Position numbers and translations under genes: made by a program. Positions 30,582 to 41,606 of a stretch of 60,250 bases of DNA are shown here, one piece after another. The stretch spans positions 558,001 to 618,250 of the forward strand of contig NZ_SMNA01000001.1 of the NCBI RefSeq assembly GCF_004353825.1, read 5' to 3'. The notes beneath the pieces were generated by a model that was not told where the DNA came from, searched no databases, and worked only from the letters and a program-made list of their open reading frames with translations. Within the stretch, counting starts at the first letter, position 1, and each line of letters opens with the position of its first letter. The stretch comes from Occultella glacieicola (GTDB taxonomy: Bacteria > Actinomycetota > Actinomycetes > Actinomycetales > Beutenbergiaceae).

Positions 30582-31919
30582 ATGACCGTGACGACCACGA
30601 CCCACCAGTCCCCGAACCCGTCCACCCAGCACAGCGAGGAGGGCCGGGCCGTCCGGCTCGACCCGGCCGAGCAGCTGCGCCGCGACTGGGCCACCGACCC
30701 GCGCTGGAGCGGCATCGAGCGCAGCTACGCCGCCGAGGACGTGGTGAGCCTGCGCGGCCGGGTGGCCGAGGAGCACACCCTCGCCCGCCGCGGCGCGCAG
30801 CGGCTCTGGGACCTGATCCACTCGCGCGACTACGTGAACGCCCTCGGTGCCCTGACCGGCAACCAGGCGGTGCAGATGGTCAAGGCCGGGCTCGAGGCGA
30901 TCTACCTCTCCGGCTGGCAAGTGGCTGCGGATGCGAACCTTTCCGGGCAGACCTACCCGGACCAGTCCCTCTATCCGGCGAACTCGGTGCCGGCCGTGGT
31001 GCGCCGCATCAACAACGCGCTGCTGCGGGCGGACCAGATCTCCCACAGTGAGGGTGAGGACGAACGCGACTTTCTTGCGCCGATCGTCGCGGACGCCGAG
31101 GCCGGGTTCGGTGGCCCCTTGAACGCGTTCGAGCTGATGAAGTCGATGATCGCGTCCGGCGCCGCGGGTGTGCACTGGGAGGACCAACTCGCCTCGGAGA
31201 AGAAGTGCGGCCATATGGGCGGCAAGGTGCTCATCCCGACCGCCCAGCACATCCGGACCCTGAACGCGGCCCGGCTCGCGTCCGACATCGCCGGCGTGCC
31301 CACCCTGATCATCGCCCGCACCGACTCCCTCGGTGCGAACCTGCTCACCACCGACACCGACGAGCGGGACCGCCCGTTCCTCACCGGCGAGCGGACCACC
31401 GAGGGCTTCTACCGTGTCACCCCAGGGCCCGAGGCGGCGATCGCCCGCGGCCTGGCCTTCGCGCCGTACTGCGACCTGATCTGGGTGGAGACCGGGAAGC
31501 CGGACCTGGAGTTCGCGCGGGCGTTCGCCGAGGCGATCCACGCGCAGTTCCCCGGCAAGAAGCTCGCCTACAACTGCTCGCCGTCGTTCAACTGGTCCGC
31601 CGCCCTCGACTCCGGCACGATCGCCCGGTTCCAGCGCGAGCTCGGTGCGATGGGGTACGCGTTCCAGTTCATCACCCTGGCCGGCTTCCACGCCCTGAAC
31701 CACTCGATGTTCGACCTGGCGCACGGCTACGCCCGCACCGGGATGAGCGCGTACGTGCAGCTCCAACAGGCCGAGTTCGCCTCGGCCGAGCGGGGCTACA
31801 CCGCCGTGAAGCATCAGGCGGAGGTGGGCACCGGCTACTTCGACCGGGTGGCCACCGCCCTGAACCCGACGTCCGGCACGCTCGCGCTGACGGGTTCGAC
31901 GGAAGAGGAGCAGTTCTGA
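30582..31919 (+). CDS. aceA: Isocitrate lyase
   Basis: [35 protein letters not shown]. Confidence 0.98.
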   Translation: MTVTTTTHQSPNPSTQHSEEGRAVRLDPAEQLRRDWATDPRWSGIERSYAAEDVVSLRGRVAEEHTLARRGAQRLWDLIHSRDYVNALGALTGNQAVQMVKAGLEAIYLSGWQVAADANLSGQTYPDQSLYPANSVPAVVRRINNALLRADQISHSEGEDERDFLAPIVADAEAGFGGPLNAFELMKSMIASGAAGVHWEDQLASEKKCGHMGGKVLIPTAQHIRTLNAARLASDIAGVPTLIIARTDSLGANLLTTDTDERDRPFLTGERTTEGFYRVTPGPEAAIARGLAFAPYCDLIWVETGKPDLEFARAFAEAIHAQFPGKKLAYNCSPSFNWSAALDSGTIARFQRELGAMGYAFQFITLAGFHALNHSMFDLAHGYARTGMSAYVQLQQAEFASAERGYTAVKHQAEVGTGYFDRVATALNPTSGTLALTGSTEEEQF

Positions 31920-33610
31920 TGACCACGCTCACGCAGCCACGCACCTACGCGGGCGAGCCGACGCCGTCGGCCACTGCTGCCGACCCGACCACGCACCCGA
32001 CCGAACCGGAAGGCACCAGGCTCGCCACGCCGTCGGGCATGACGATCACGGCACCGCGGGTGCCCGGCGACGACATCGTGCTCACCCCGGGCGCCCTGGC
32101 CACCGTGGTCGAACTGCACCACCGCTTCGATGCCCGACGGCGGTGCCTCCTCGAACGTCGAGCGCAGCGTCGGGAGGCGCTCGCCCGAGGAGACGAACTC
32201 GGGCTGCTCGAGGAGACCGCGGACCTCCGCGCCGACCCCACCTGGCAGGTGGCGCCGCCGGCGCCCGGACTGAGCCGGCGCACGGTCGAGATCACCGGGC
32301 CGGCGAGCCGGGCGATGGCCGTGAACGCGCTGAACTCCGGCGCGGACGTGTGGATGGCGGACCTCGAGGATGCGACCAGCCCGACCTGGGCGAACCTGAT
32401 CGACGCGCAGCACAACCTGATCCGGTTCACCCGCGACGAGCTGGACTTCACCGGGCCCGGCGGCAAGGAGTACATCGTCGGTGCGCGCACCCCCACGGTG
32501 CTGATGCGCCCGCGCGGCTGGCACCTGAGCGAGAAGCACCTGCTGATCGACGGGCGCGAGACGTCGGCGTCGCTGACCGACGTCGCGCTGTACTTCCACC
32601 ACTGCGCGACGGCCATGATCGAACGCGGGCAGGGGCCGTACTTCTACCTGCCCAAGCTCGAGTCGCACCTGGAGGCCCGGCTCTGGAACGACGTGTTCTG
32701 CTACCTGCAGGACCGGTATTCGATCCCGCGCGGCACGGTGCGGGCGACCGTGCTCATCGAGACGCTGCCGGCGGCGCTGGAGATGGAGGAGATGCTCTAC
32801 GAGCTGCGCGAACACTCGGCCGGGTTGAACGCCGGGCGGTGGGACTACCTGTTCTCGCTGGTCAAGACGCTGTGGCGGACCGGGGTGACCCTGCCGGACC
32901 GGGACACGATCACCATGACCGTCCCGTTCATGCGTGCCTACACCGAGCGGCTGGTGGCCACCTGTCACCGGCGCGGCGCCCACGCGATCGGCGGGATGGC
33001 CGCGTTCGTGCCGAACCGTACCGACGAGCGGGCCACCGAGAACGCGCTGCGGCGGATCCGGGCGGACAAGGACCGGGACGCCGAGGACGGGTTCGACGGC
33101 TCCTGGGTGGCGCACCCCAGGCTGGTGCCAACGGCCCGGGACGCCTTCACCGGCGTGCTGCGCGGACGTGACCACCAGCTCGAGCGGCAGCGGCACGACC
33201 TCCTGGACCCGGCCGACCTGCTCGAGGTGGACTCGGCGGGCGGCGGGGCCAGTCTGGTCGGGCTGCGCTCGAACATCGCGGTGTCGCTGCGCTACCTCGA
33301 GGCGTGGCTGCGCGGCCAGGGGGCGGTCGCCATCAACAACCTGATGGAGGACGCCGCCACCGTGGAGATCGCCCGGTCCCAGGTCTGGCAGTGGCGTCGG
33401 GCGGGGGTCGTCCTCGAGGAGGGCATCGAGGTCACCGAGCCACTGGTGCGCCGCCTCGTGGCGGAGGAGGCGGAGCGGATCCACGGCGAAGCCGAACCGG
33501 GTGGTCACCCGCTGCTCGCCGACGCCGTCCGGCTGTTCTGCGACGTCGCCCTCGGTGAGGAGCTCGAGGAGTTCTTCACCCTCCGCGGCTACCGCGAGTA
33601 CCTGCGCTGA
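31919..33610 (+). CDS. aceB: Malate synthase A
   Basis: VEITGP, MADLEDA, RPRGWHL, GLNAGRWDY, NLMEDAATVEIARSQVWQW; TGATG coupling to aceA. Confidence 0.96.
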   Translation: MTTLTQPRTYAGEPTPSATAADPTTHPTEPEGTRLATPSGMTITAPRVPGDDIVLTPGALATVVELHHRFDARRRCLLERRAQRREALARGDELGLLEETADLRADPTWQVAPPAPGLSRRTVEITGPASRAMAVNALNSGADVWMADLEDATSPTWANLIDAQHNLIRFTRDELDFTGPGGKEYIVGARTPTVLMRPRGWHLSEKHLLIDGRETSASLTDVALYFHHCATAMIERGQGPYFYLPKLESHLEARLWNDVFCYLQDRYSIPRGTVRATVLIETLPAALEMEEMLYELREHSAGLNAGRWDYLFSLVKTLWRTGVTLPDRDTITMTVPFMRAYTERLVATCHRRGAHAIGGMAAFVPNRTDERATENALRRIRADKDRDAEDGFDGSWVAHPRLVPTARDAFTGVLRGRDHQLERQRHDLLDPADLLEVDSAGGGASLVGLRSNIAVSLRYLEAWLRGQGAVAINNLMEDAATVEIARSQVWQWRRAGVVLEEGIEVTEPLVRRLVAEEAERIHGEAEPGGHPLLADAVRLFCDVALGEELEEFFTLRGYREYLR

Positions 33611-33696
33611 ACCCCGGGGTAGATCGGTGCGCGCGGTCACGGCACTCGTGATCGCGCGCACTCGGGCGCCGGGGTGGGCCGGTAGGCTCGCGTTCC

Positions 33697-34950
33697 GTGA
33701 AGATCCTGCTGATCGGCTCCGGTGCCCGTGAGCACGCCCTGGCCCGCTCGCTCGCCTCGGACCCCGCGACGACCACGCTGACCGTGGCCCCGGGCAACCC
33801 CGGCACGGCCGAGGTCGCGACCAACGCCGACGTGGACGCGAACGATCCGGCCGCCGTCGCCGCGCTCGCCCGCGAGCTCGACGCCGACCTCGTGGTGGTC
33901 GGCCCCGAGGCGCCGCTGGTCGCCGGGGTCGCGGACGCCGTGCGCGCCGCCGGGATCCCCGTGTTCGGACCGAACGGCGACGCGGCCACCCTGGAGGGGT
34001 CGAAGGCATTCGCGAAGGACGTGATGGCCGCGGCGAGCGTCCCGACCGCGATGGCGCACGTGTGCCGCACCGTCGCCGAGGCCGAGGCTGCGCTGGATGC
34101 GTTCGGCCCCCCGTACGTGGTCAAGGACGACGGTCTGGCTGCCGGCAAGGGCGTGGTCGTCACCCGGGACCGTGACGTCGCCCTCGCCCACGCCACCGAG
34201 TGCGTGAACCGCAGCCGCCGGGCCACCGTGGTCGTCGAGGAGTTCCTCGACGGCCCCGAGGTCTCCCTGTTCTGCCTCTGCGACGGCGAGAACGTGGTCC
34301 CGCTCGCTCCCGCGCAGGATTTCAAGCGACTCGGCGACGGCGACTCCGGCCCGAACACCGGCGGCATGGGCGCCTACTCGCCGCTGCCCTGGGCGCCCGA
34401 CGACCTCGTCGAGCAGGTCGTCGACCGGGTCGCACTGCCCACCGTGCGCGAGCTCGCCCGCCGCGGCACCCCGTTCGTCGGCCTGCTCTACTGCGGCCTC
34501 GCGCTCACCTCGCGCGGGCTGCGGGTCATCGAGTTCAACGCCCGGTTCGGGGACCCCGAGACGCAAGTGGTGCTGGCCCGGCTCGAGTCCTCCCTCGCCA
34601 CTGCCCTGCATGCCGCCGCCACCGGGTCCCTGGACGCGCTGCCGGACCTGCGCTGGTCCTCCGGCGCCGCCGTCACGGTCGTGATCGCCGCCCATGGCTA
34701 CCCCGGGCAGGTCCGCTCCGGCGACCCGATCACCGGCGTCGAGGACGCGGAGTCGCTCGAGGGCGTGCACGTGCTGCACGCGGGTACGGCCATGGTCGAC
34801 GGCGGCCTGGTCACCGCCGGTGGGCGCGTGCTGTCCGTGGTCGGTGCGGGCGCCGACCTGCCGGCCGCTCGCGCGGCCGCCTACGCGGGTGTGGAGGCGA
34901 TCACGATCGACGGCGGCCAGTACCGGACGGACATCGCCGCCGTGGAGTGA
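33697..34950 (+). CDS. purD: Phosphoribosylamine--glycine ligase
   Basis: [41 protein letters not shown]. Confidence 0.98.
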   Translation: MKILLIGSGAREHALARSLASDPATTTLTVAPGNPGTAEVATNADVDANDPAAVAALARELDADLVVVGPEAPLVAGVADAVRAAGIPVFGPNGDAATLEGSKAFAKDVMAAASVPTAMAHVCRTVAEAEAALDAFGPPYVVKDDGLAAGKGVVVTRDRDVALAHATECVNRSRRATVVVEEFLDGPEVSLFCLCDGENVVPLAPAQDFKRLGDGDSGPNTGGMGAYSPLPWAPDDLVEQVVDRVALPTVRELARRGTPFVGLLYCGLALTSRGLRVIEFNARFGDPETQVVLARLESSLATALHAAATGSLDALPDLRWSSGAAVTVVIAAHGYPGQVRSGDPITGVEDAESLEGVHVLHAGTAMVDGGLVTAGGRVLSVVGAGADLPAARAAAYAGVEAITIDGGQYRTDIAAVE

Positions 34951-34990
34951 GCGACCACAACTCGGCCACGGCTGCCCGTGTGTGACGCTC

Positions 34991-35344
34991 TTATGCGGAC
35001 ACCTCGGCGCAGACGTCGATGAGGAGGCGACCCGGCCCTCGGAAGATCGCGCTTCGCATGCCGAAGTCCTGCGTCACGGGTCCGAGGATGAGCTCCCCGC
35101 CGCGAGCCTGGATCTCGTGGGTGCGCTGGTCGACGTCGTCGACGACTACATGCAGAGTGACGCCGTCGACCTGTCCGGACGGGACCGCGGACGACGTGCT
35201 GAACCACAGGTCGACGCCGTCGGCGTGGACGTCTGCGAACTCGTGGAAGTCGCTCTGTCCGCGTGGCCAGCCGAACTGTTCGGAGACCTCTCGGGCGGCT
35301 TCGCTGGCGTCCTCGACGATGATGCTGAGCGCTCTGATGGTCAT
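34991..35344 (-). CDS. VOC/glyoxalase family protein
   Basis: LHVVVDDVD...GGELILGPVTQDFGMRSAIFRGPG. Confidence 0.82.
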   Translation of the reverse strand: MTIRALSIIVEDASEAAREVSEQFGWPRGQSDFHEFADVHADGVDLWFSTSSAVPSGQVDGVTLHVVVDDVDQRTHEIQARGGELILGPVTQDFGMRSAIFRGPGRLLIDVCAEVSA

Positions 35345-35590
35345 CGGACGTCCTTTCGCAGTGCCTGATGGTCGGTGCGCTTGCGACCGTAGTCGGTAGA
35401 ACCCGGGGTCGGTTGAGGATCGGCGCCGTGGCCTGCGTCGCACGAGCCAGCGGAGGCGGTCGCCGTCTGTTCACCGTCCCGACGCTGTGCAAGCCGGGTC
35501 GTCCTGAGTAGTGTCGTCGCGGTCCGCCCCCCGACGGACGCCCCACCCCGGTGGCCCACCAGGCCGCCGGCGATTCGACGAGGAGTCCCC

Positions 35591-37489
35591 ATGGCCCACA
35601 AGCCCACCCCCACCTCCGACGCGAAGACCGCGCACGCCGCCCTCCTGAACTCGGAGGTGACCCGGCGCCGGCTGCTCGGGATGGCCGCCGTCGGCACCGC
35701 GGGCACCGCGGCTGCCGGCATCGTCGGCAGCCCGAGCGCACACGCCGCGCCGGACGGTCCCGGGCGCAACGACGCGCACCGCCGGCGGCTGACCGTCCTG
35801 GGCACCACCGACCTGCACGGCAACGTGTTCAACTGGGACTACTTCAAGGACGCCGAGTACACGGACTCGGCGGGCAACGACATCGGCCTCGCGAAGATCT
35901 CCACCCTGGTCAGTGCGATGCGGACCGAACGTGGTGAGCGCACCACGCTGCTGCTGGACGCCGGCGACACGATCCAGGGCACCCCGCTCGCGTACTACTA
36001 CGCCAAGATCGACCCGATCACGGGCGGGCACGTGCACCCGATGGCCGCCGCCATGAACGCGATCGGGTACGACGCCGCCGCGATGGGCAACCACGAGTTC
36101 AACTACGGCCTCGACACGCTGCAGACGTTCGTCGACCAGTTGGACTTCCCGCTGCTCTGCGCGAACGCCGTCGACGACTTCACCGGGCAGCCCGCCTACG
36201 AGCCCTACGTCATCCACACCGTCCGCCCGCGCGGTGCCCGCCCGATCAAGGTCGGCATCCTCGGCCTGGTCACCCCGGGCGTGGCGATCTGGGACAAGGC
36301 GAACGTGGAGGGCATCCTGCACTTCCCGGGCCTGGTCGAGCAGGCGCAGGTGTTCGTGCCGCAGATGAAGCGCAGGGGAGCGGACATCGTCATCGTCTCG
36401 GCCCACTCCGGCGCGGACACCTCCTCCTCCTACGGGGACGCGCTGCCCTACCCGGAGAACGCCGCCACGCTGGTCGCCGAACAGGTGCCGGACATCGACG
36501 CGATCCTCGTCGGCCACGCCCACGCCGAGATCGTGGAGAGGTTCGTCACCAACACCGCCACCGGCACGCAGGTGCTGCTCACCGAACCGCTGCGCTGGGG
36601 CATGCGGCTGAGCGTCATGGACCTGGACCTGGTGGAGGAGCGGGGCCGCTGGCGCGTGGAGTCCGCCCGCGCCCACCTGCTGAACGCGAACAGTGTGCCG
36701 CAGGACCCGGCGATCGTGGAGATCCTCACCGCCGACCACGAGATCGTCCGCGACTACGTGAACTCGGTCATCGGCACGAACCTGACCGCGATGTCCGCGC
36801 AGACCTCGCGCTATGAGGACACCGCGGCGATGGACTTCATCAACCACGTCCAGTCGGACGCGGTCACCCAGGCCCTCGCCGGAACTCCCGAGGCGGGCCT
36901 GCCGGTGCTGTCCATCGCGGCCCCGTTCAACCGGGACGCCGCCATCCCCGCAGGCGAGGTCACGGTCCGCGACGTCGCCGGCATGTACATCTTCGACAAC
37001 ACCCTGCTCGCGATCACGCTCACCGGCGCCGAGGTGCTCGCCTACCTCGAGCAGTCCGCCGCGTACTTCAAGCAGGTCTCCGGCACCGGCCCGTTCGCCC
37101 CGGACGACGTCACCAACGCCGTCACCCCGACGGCGCCGAACGGTACCCCCGACTACAACTACGACATCATGGGCGGCTTCACCGCGCCGCTCACCTACGA
37201 CATCGACATCGCGCAGGCGCCGGGATCGCGCATCGTCGGCCTGAGCTACGACGGCGTCCCGATCGACACCGCGCAACGGTTCGTCATCGCGATCAACAAC
37301 TACCGCCAGTCCGGCGGCGGGAACTTCCCGGGCGTGACGACCGCCCCGGTGGTCTACAACGCGCAGGTGGAGATCCGTCAGCTCATCATCGACTGGGTCA
37401 CGGCCGTCGGCCAGATCGACTCCTCGACGTTCTCGGCGACCGACTGGCGCCTGGTCGCGAACGGGGAGCCGGTGATCATCCAGGCCTGA
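35591..37489 (+). CDS. Tat-exported 2',3'-cyclic-nucleotide phosphodiesterase / 5'-nucleotidase (CpdB-like)
   Basis: VTRRRLL Tat motif; TTDLHGN, DAGDTIQG, GNHEFNYG, AHSG, GHAH, NNYRQSGGGNF. Confidence 0.92.
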   Translation: MAHKPTPTSDAKTAHAALLNSEVTRRRLLGMAAVGTAGTAAAGIVGSPSAHAAPDGPGRNDAHRRRLTVLGTTDLHGNVFNWDYFKDAEYTDSAGNDIGLAKISTLVSAMRTERGERTTLLLDAGDTIQGTPLAYYYAKIDPITGGHVHPMAAAMNAIGYDAAAMGNHEFNYGLDTLQTFVDQLDFPLLCANAVDDFTGQPAYEPYVIHTVRPRGARPIKVGILGLVTPGVAIWDKANVEGILHFPGLVEQAQVFVPQMKRRGADIVIVSAHSGADTSSSYGDALPYPENAATLVAEQVPDIDAILVGHAHAEIVERFVTNTATGTQVLLTEPLRWGMRLSVMDLDLVEERGRWRVESARAHLLNANSVPQDPAIVEILTADHEIVRDYVNSVIGTNLTAMSAQTSRYEDTAAMDFINHVQSDAVTQALAGTPEAGLPVLSIAAPFNRDAAIPAGEVTVRDVAGMYIFDNTLLAITLTGAEVLAYLEQSAAYFKQVSGTGPFAPDDVTNAVTPTAPNGTPDYNYDIMGGFTAPLTYDIDIAQAPGSRIVGLSYDGVPIDTAQRFVIAINNYRQSGGGNFPGVTTAPVVYNAQVEIRQLIIDWVTAVGQIDSSTFSATDWRLVANGEPVIIQA

Positions 37490-37550
37490 GGCACCCGACC
37501 GCCCGAACGAACCCAGGAATTCGGTTGGTCGCGCTCGGTAGCGTGCCGGT

Positions 37551-38294
37551 ATGCCGGATCCGATCTTCGACGAGCCCCGACTCGCCGCCGTCTACGACGC
37601 CCTCGACCCCGATCGTAGTGACCTTGACGTCTATGTCGCCCTGGTCGCCGATGAGCTCGGCGCCCGCAGCGTGCTCGACGTCGGCTCCGGCACGGGCACG
37701 TTCGCGCTGATGCTGGCCGACCGGGGGATCGACGTCGTGGGAGTCGATCCCGCCCGGGCGAGCGTCGAGGTTGCCCGCGGCAAGCGGGGAGCCGACCGGG
37801 TCCGCTGGCTCGACGGGGACGCGACCACGGTGTCGGACCTGCTGCCGGACCTGAGCGTGGACGTCGCGACCATGACGGCGAACGTGGCGCAGGTGTTCCT
37901 CAGCGACGCCGACTGGGTCGCGACGCTCGCCGGCATCCACCGGGCGCTGCGGCCCGGCGGGCACCTGGTGTTCGAGGCCCGCCGGCCGGAGGCGCGTGCC
38001 TGGGAGGGCTGGACGCCGGAGGCGACGCGTCAGGTCGTCGACTGCGGCCCGGCCGGCCTGGTCGAGGACTGGGTCGAGGTCGTCTCCTACGCGGGCGGCG
38101 TGCTCGAGTTCGCCTCACCGACCCTCTTCCACGCCGACGGCGTCCGCATCGAGTCGACGTCGAGGCTGCGGTTCCGCGGGCGTGAGGAGGTCGAGGCCTC
38201 GCTGGTCGAGGCCGGTTACGTCGTCTGCGACGTGCGTGACGCACCGGACCGGCCCGGCCGGGAGTGGGTCTACGTCGCGCAGCGCCCCGAGTAG
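37551..38294 (+). CDS. Class I SAM-dependent methyltransferase
   Basis: VLDVGSGTG, GVDPA, ALRPGGHLVFE. Confidence 0.9.
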   Translation: MPDPIFDEPRLAAVYDALDPDRSDLDVYVALVADELGARSVLDVGSGTGTFALMLADRGIDVVGVDPARASVEVARGKRGADRVRWLDGDATTVSDLLPDLSVDVATMTANVAQVFLSDADWVATLAGIHRALRPGGHLVFEARRPEARAWEGWTPEATRQVVDCGPAGLVEDWVEVVSYAGGVLEFASPTLFHADGVRIESTSRLRFRGREEVEASLVEAGYVVCDVRDAPDRPGREWVYVAQRPE

Positions 38295-38315
38295 TGCGGC
38301 CTCACGCGCACCGCC

Positions 38316-38705
38316 TCACCGCCGAGCGTCGATGAGGGTGACCGCTGGCTCGAGATGGGCCGTGAGAAGTGCGGCATCGGCAGTCAGCAGGGGCACGCCC
38401 TCACTCACGGCCTGCGCGACGAGCAGGCGGTCGAACGGATCGCGGTGAGGTAGTCCTCGCACGTCACGAGTCGCCCACGAGTGTGCGGCCGTCACCGGCA
38501 GCCACCGTAGCCCGGACCGGTCGAGTCGCTCCGGTAGGTCGTCCGGGACGCCCAGTTTGCCAAGCTCGGCCTTGATCGCGATCTCCCAGAGGCTCGCTGC
38601 CGAGATGAGCACCGCTCCGCTCCCGGCGATCTGCTGGCGGGCACTGCTGCCCAGCCGGCCGTCGTCGGCGGTCAGCCACAGAACGACGTGGGTGTCGAGG
38701 AGCAT
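38316..38705 (-). CDS. vapC: PIN-domain toxin VapC
   Basis: MLLDTHVVLW...SAASLWEIAIK...HRDPFDRLLVAQA...LLTAD. Confidence 0.93.
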   Translation of the reverse strand: MLLDTHVVLWLTADDGRLGSSARQQIAGSGAVLISAASLWEIAIKAELGKLGVPDDLPERLDRSGLRWLPVTAAHSWATRDVRGLPHRDPFDRLLVAQAVSEGVPLLTADAALLTAHLEPAVTLIDARR

Positions 38706-38947
38706 CAGAGCTGCGCCGAGCCCTCGAACGAATCGACGATGTCGTCGAGGGGGTCGTCGAACGTCTCGGAGTCGTAGTGAAGCAACCCGGCCGCGGTCCC
38801 GAACGTGATGTCGGTGCGGCGATGCGGAACGAGGTCGGCCACCGGACGCCCGGCGCGCGCGATCACTACGGACTCGCCCGCCTCCACGAGTTCCAGCAGC
38901 TTCGAGAGGCTGGACTTCGCCTCGTGGACATTGACCTGTCGCGCCAT
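38705..38947 (-). CDS. Phd/YefM family antitoxin
   Basis: VNVHEAKSSLSKLLELVEAGESVVIARAGRPVADLVP; translationally coupled to vapC. Confidence 0.93.
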   Translation of the reverse strand: MARQVNVHEAKSSLSKLLELVEAGESVVIARAGRPVADLVPHRRTDITFGTAAGLLHYDSETFDDPLDDIVDSFEGSAQL

Positions 38948-39024
38948 GCCTGCAGGGTATCGGACTAAGTCGGGCTAGGTCCATGGGCCCGATCCGTTCC
39001 GGTGCCCGCGTGGGACCGGATCAG

Positions 39025-39969
39025 TCAGTCGGTCCGGTCGACCTTGGCGAACGTCGCGGTGGTGCGGACCGGTGTGAAGCCGACCGACTCGTACAGGCGG
39101 CCGGCGCCGGTCGGGTTGATCGAGTCGACGTCGAGCTCGACCAGGTCGTACTCGCCGGTGGCCACGGCCGCCCTCAGGCTCGCGGTCAGCACCTGGCGGG
39201 CCAGGCCCTGGCCGCGCGCGGACGGGCGGGTGCCGACGATGCTGATATAGAGCTCGCGGTCCACCCACTGGCCGGTGATCACGTAGGCGAGCACCTCGCC
39301 GTCCGCCACCGCGGCCCGCGACGTCGCCGGCCGGAGCGAGCGTGCCTCCATGCCCTTGGCCCACTGCTCCGGTTCCTGTGGCGCGGAGCCCCAGTGGCTG
39401 GCGAACGCCTCGTTGTGCGCGAGCCGCAGCGGCTCGGCCAGCTCCTCGGTGACCGGCACCACCCGTGGGTCGGTGACCTCGGGCAGCGGGTCGCCGGGCA
39501 GGGGGCGTTGCATCGCGGTGAAATAGCGGACGATCTCGTAGCCGCGCCCGGTCAGCAGAGGCCGGACCGGGTCGGACTCCAGGCCGCCGGACGCGCGCAG
39601 CTCGAACGGCTCGCCCGGGTGGCGCTCGGCCGCCAGCGCTCGGCCGCGCGGCTCCATCTCGTCGAACATCCGGGTCGCGATGCCCCTGCCGCGCCAGTCC
39701 GGGTGCACCCCGCCGCCGATCATCGCCCGGGCCGTGCCCTCGTAGGTGAGGGCGAGGGAGACCCGGAGCTGGCTGTAGGCGACCAGGGTGTCGCCGTCCC
39801 ACACCGCGATCGAGTCGAGCGCGGGGTCGAAGCCCGGCTCGCCGAGTTCCTCGGCCAGATCCTCCGCCTCGTAGTACTCCTCGGTGCGGTCGACCTTGGC
39901 GAGCAGGTTCGTCAGCTCGGCCCAGGCGGGCACGGAGTCGGTGTCCAGGGTGCTCCAGCGCAGTGACAT
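39025..39969 (-). CDS. Tandem GNAT family N-acetyltransferase
   Basis: Two acetyl-CoA motifs, VHPDWRGRGIA and TRPSARGQGLA; NPTGAGRLYESVGF. Confidence 0.9.
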   Translation of the reverse strand: MSLRWSTLDTDSVPAWAELTNLLAKVDRTEEYYEAEDLAEELGEPGFDPALDSIAVWDGDTLVAYSQLRVSLALTYEGTARAMIGGGVHPDWRGRGIATRMFDEMEPRGRALAAERHPGEPFELRASGGLESDPVRPLLTGRGYEIVRYFTAMQRPLPGDPLPEVTDPRVVPVTEELAEPLRLAHNEAFASHWGSAPQEPEQWAKGMEARSLRPATSRAAVADGEVLAYVITGQWVDRELYISIVGTRPSARGQGLARQVLTASLRAAVATGEYDLVELDVDSINPTGAGRLYESVGFTPVRTTATFAKVDRTD

Positions 39970-40063
39970 CGAGGTGGCCTTCCAGGGTGGATCGAACAGG
40001 TGGGCGTCCCAGGGTGGCGTAGCAGGCCCCCGGGCCGTCAAGTGCAAATGGAGCGCAGCGGGG

Positions 40064-41557
40064 TCAGCGGTCGTCCTCGCACGCGAACCAGCCCATACCC
40101 GCTTCGTCATCGTCGCCGACGTCGAAGTCGTCGACCTCGTCCGTCCGCGAGCCGCCCAGCGTGGCCCGGGTGATCGCCTCGCCGTCGGACATCATCTCCG
40201 CGAGGGCGGAGCGCAACTGCTCGTCGCCCATCCGTTCCGGCGTTCCGGCCTCGGCGGCGAGCAGCACCGCGCGTCGCACGAGTTCCTTGACGAAACTGGC
40301 GGTCGCGCCCGCCGCTCCCTCGGCGACCTCCGCGCGGGCCGCCTCGGAGAAGCCCAGACCATCGGCGTACAGGTCCAGCAGCGCCCGCCGCGCCGCGCCG
40401 TCGGGCAGCGGGATCTCGACGGCGAGGTCCACCCGGCCTGGCCGCTGCGCGAGCGCGGGCTCGAGCACGTCCACCCGGTTGGTGGTGAGCAGGAACGTGA
40501 CGTCGGAGTCGGCGGAGAGACCGTCCAGGGCGTCGAGCACCTCGAACAGCAACGGCGAGGACGTGTGCGGGTTGCGGGCTCCCGCCACGAGGTCGCAGTC
40601 CTCCAGGACCACGATCGCCGGGGCCAGGGTGCGGGCGGTCTCCGCGGCCAGGGTCACCAGCGCAAGGGTCTGCCCGGAGAGCAGGATCACGGTGGCGTCG
40701 CTCGCGGCACCCACCAGGTACCGCACGGTCAGGGTCTTCCCGGTGCCCGGCGGCCCGTACAGCAGCACCCCGCGCTTGAGGTGCTGGCCGGCGCGGGCGA
40801 GCGCCTCGGCGTGGGCGCCGATGCCGAGCACGTGCCGTTCGATCCGGTGCAAGGTCCCCTCGGGCAGCACGATGTCACCGGCCCCGACGGCGGGGCGGGC
40901 ATGGAACGTGACCCCGCCCGCGCTGGGCCCGTACTCGGAACTGGTGAACGTGACGACCTGCCGGCGCAGCACGCTGTGGGCGTTCATCGCGGCGCGAACC
41001 TCGGTCAGGAAGGCGGTCGCGACCTCCCGGTCCGGCGTCAGCACCTCGAGCTTGGCCGCGGCCCCGAACTGCGGATTGCTGCCCCGCTGCAGCACGGCGA
41101 CCGGATGGGTGTCGAAGGTGAACAGGTGCAGGCCGAAGGCGACCACGGAGCGCTCGGCGTCCGGGCCCACCGGGACCGGGCGGAACTCGACCGGCCCGAT
41201 CGGGAACATGCCGTGCTGGCCGGAGTACTGCACGATCTCGCTGAGCGAGTTGTGCCAGCGCTGGTCGCCGCCCCCGATGCCGAGCTGGGTGCCGCCGCCG
41301 TGCGCTGCGATCACGTGCTCCAGGGCGACGTCCGCGTCCGCCGTCCGGAGCGGGCTGATCTCCTCGGTGAGCGTGGCCGGGGTGCGTGGGTCGATGCCCA
41401 GGTGGGCGGTGAGCACGGGCAACAGCGGCTCTCCGCCGGCGTCGTCGCGGGCGTGCAACTCCTCGGCCAGGTGCGCGAGGGCGCGGAAGTCGGTGAGGAA
41501 CGCGGTCACTGCTGCGGGCAGCGTGTCGGGTACGCCGTTGGCCGGCGGAGTGGTCAT
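40064..41557 (-). CDS. AAA+ family ATPase
   Basis: GVLLYGPPGTGKT, VVLEDCD, TTNRVDVLEPALAQRPGRVD. Confidence 0.92.
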   Translation of the reverse strand: MTTPPANGVPDTLPAAVTAFLTDFRALAHLAEELHARDDAGGEPLLPVLTAHLGIDPRTPATLTEEISPLRTADADVALEHVIAAHGGGTQLGIGGGDQRWHNSLSEIVQYSGQHGMFPIGPVEFRPVPVGPDAERSVVAFGLHLFTFDTHPVAVLQRGSNPQFGAAAKLEVLTPDREVATAFLTEVRAAMNAHSVLRRQVVTFTSSEYGPSAGGVTFHARPAVGAGDIVLPEGTLHRIERHVLGIGAHAEALARAGQHLKRGVLLYGPPGTGKTLTVRYLVGAASDATVILLSGQTLALVTLAAETARTLAPAIVVLEDCDLVAGARNPHTSSPLLFEVLDALDGLSADSDVTFLLTTNRVDVLEPALAQRPGRVDLAVEIPLPDGAARRALLDLYADGLGFSEAARAEVAEGAAGATASFVKELVRRAVLLAAEAGTPERMGDEQLRSALAEMMSDGEAITRATLGGSRTDEVDDFDVGDDDEAGMGWFACEDDR

Positions 41558-41606
41558 GGCGCCATCCTGTCAGGCGCGCCGGCCCAGCCGCGCCGCATTC
41601 AGCCTG

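Noticed and set aside
31205..31918. aceA-aceB fusion or frameshift suggested by the 801-aa ORF
   Set aside because: aceB starts at the TGATG overlap (31919); the upstream part is an out-of-frame read of aceA
33611..33696. Purine or ZTP riboswitch upstream of purD (also checked upstream of purA)
   Set aside because: Leaders are short and I see no aptamer consensus; an Infernal/Rfam scan would be decisive
35345..35590. ncRNA in the 246-bp intergenic region
   Set aside because: Only short stems; explainable as divergent promoters
39981..40017. CCAGGGTGG direct repeat upstream of the GNAT gene
   Set aside because: A 9-bp GC-rich repeat is within chance expectation
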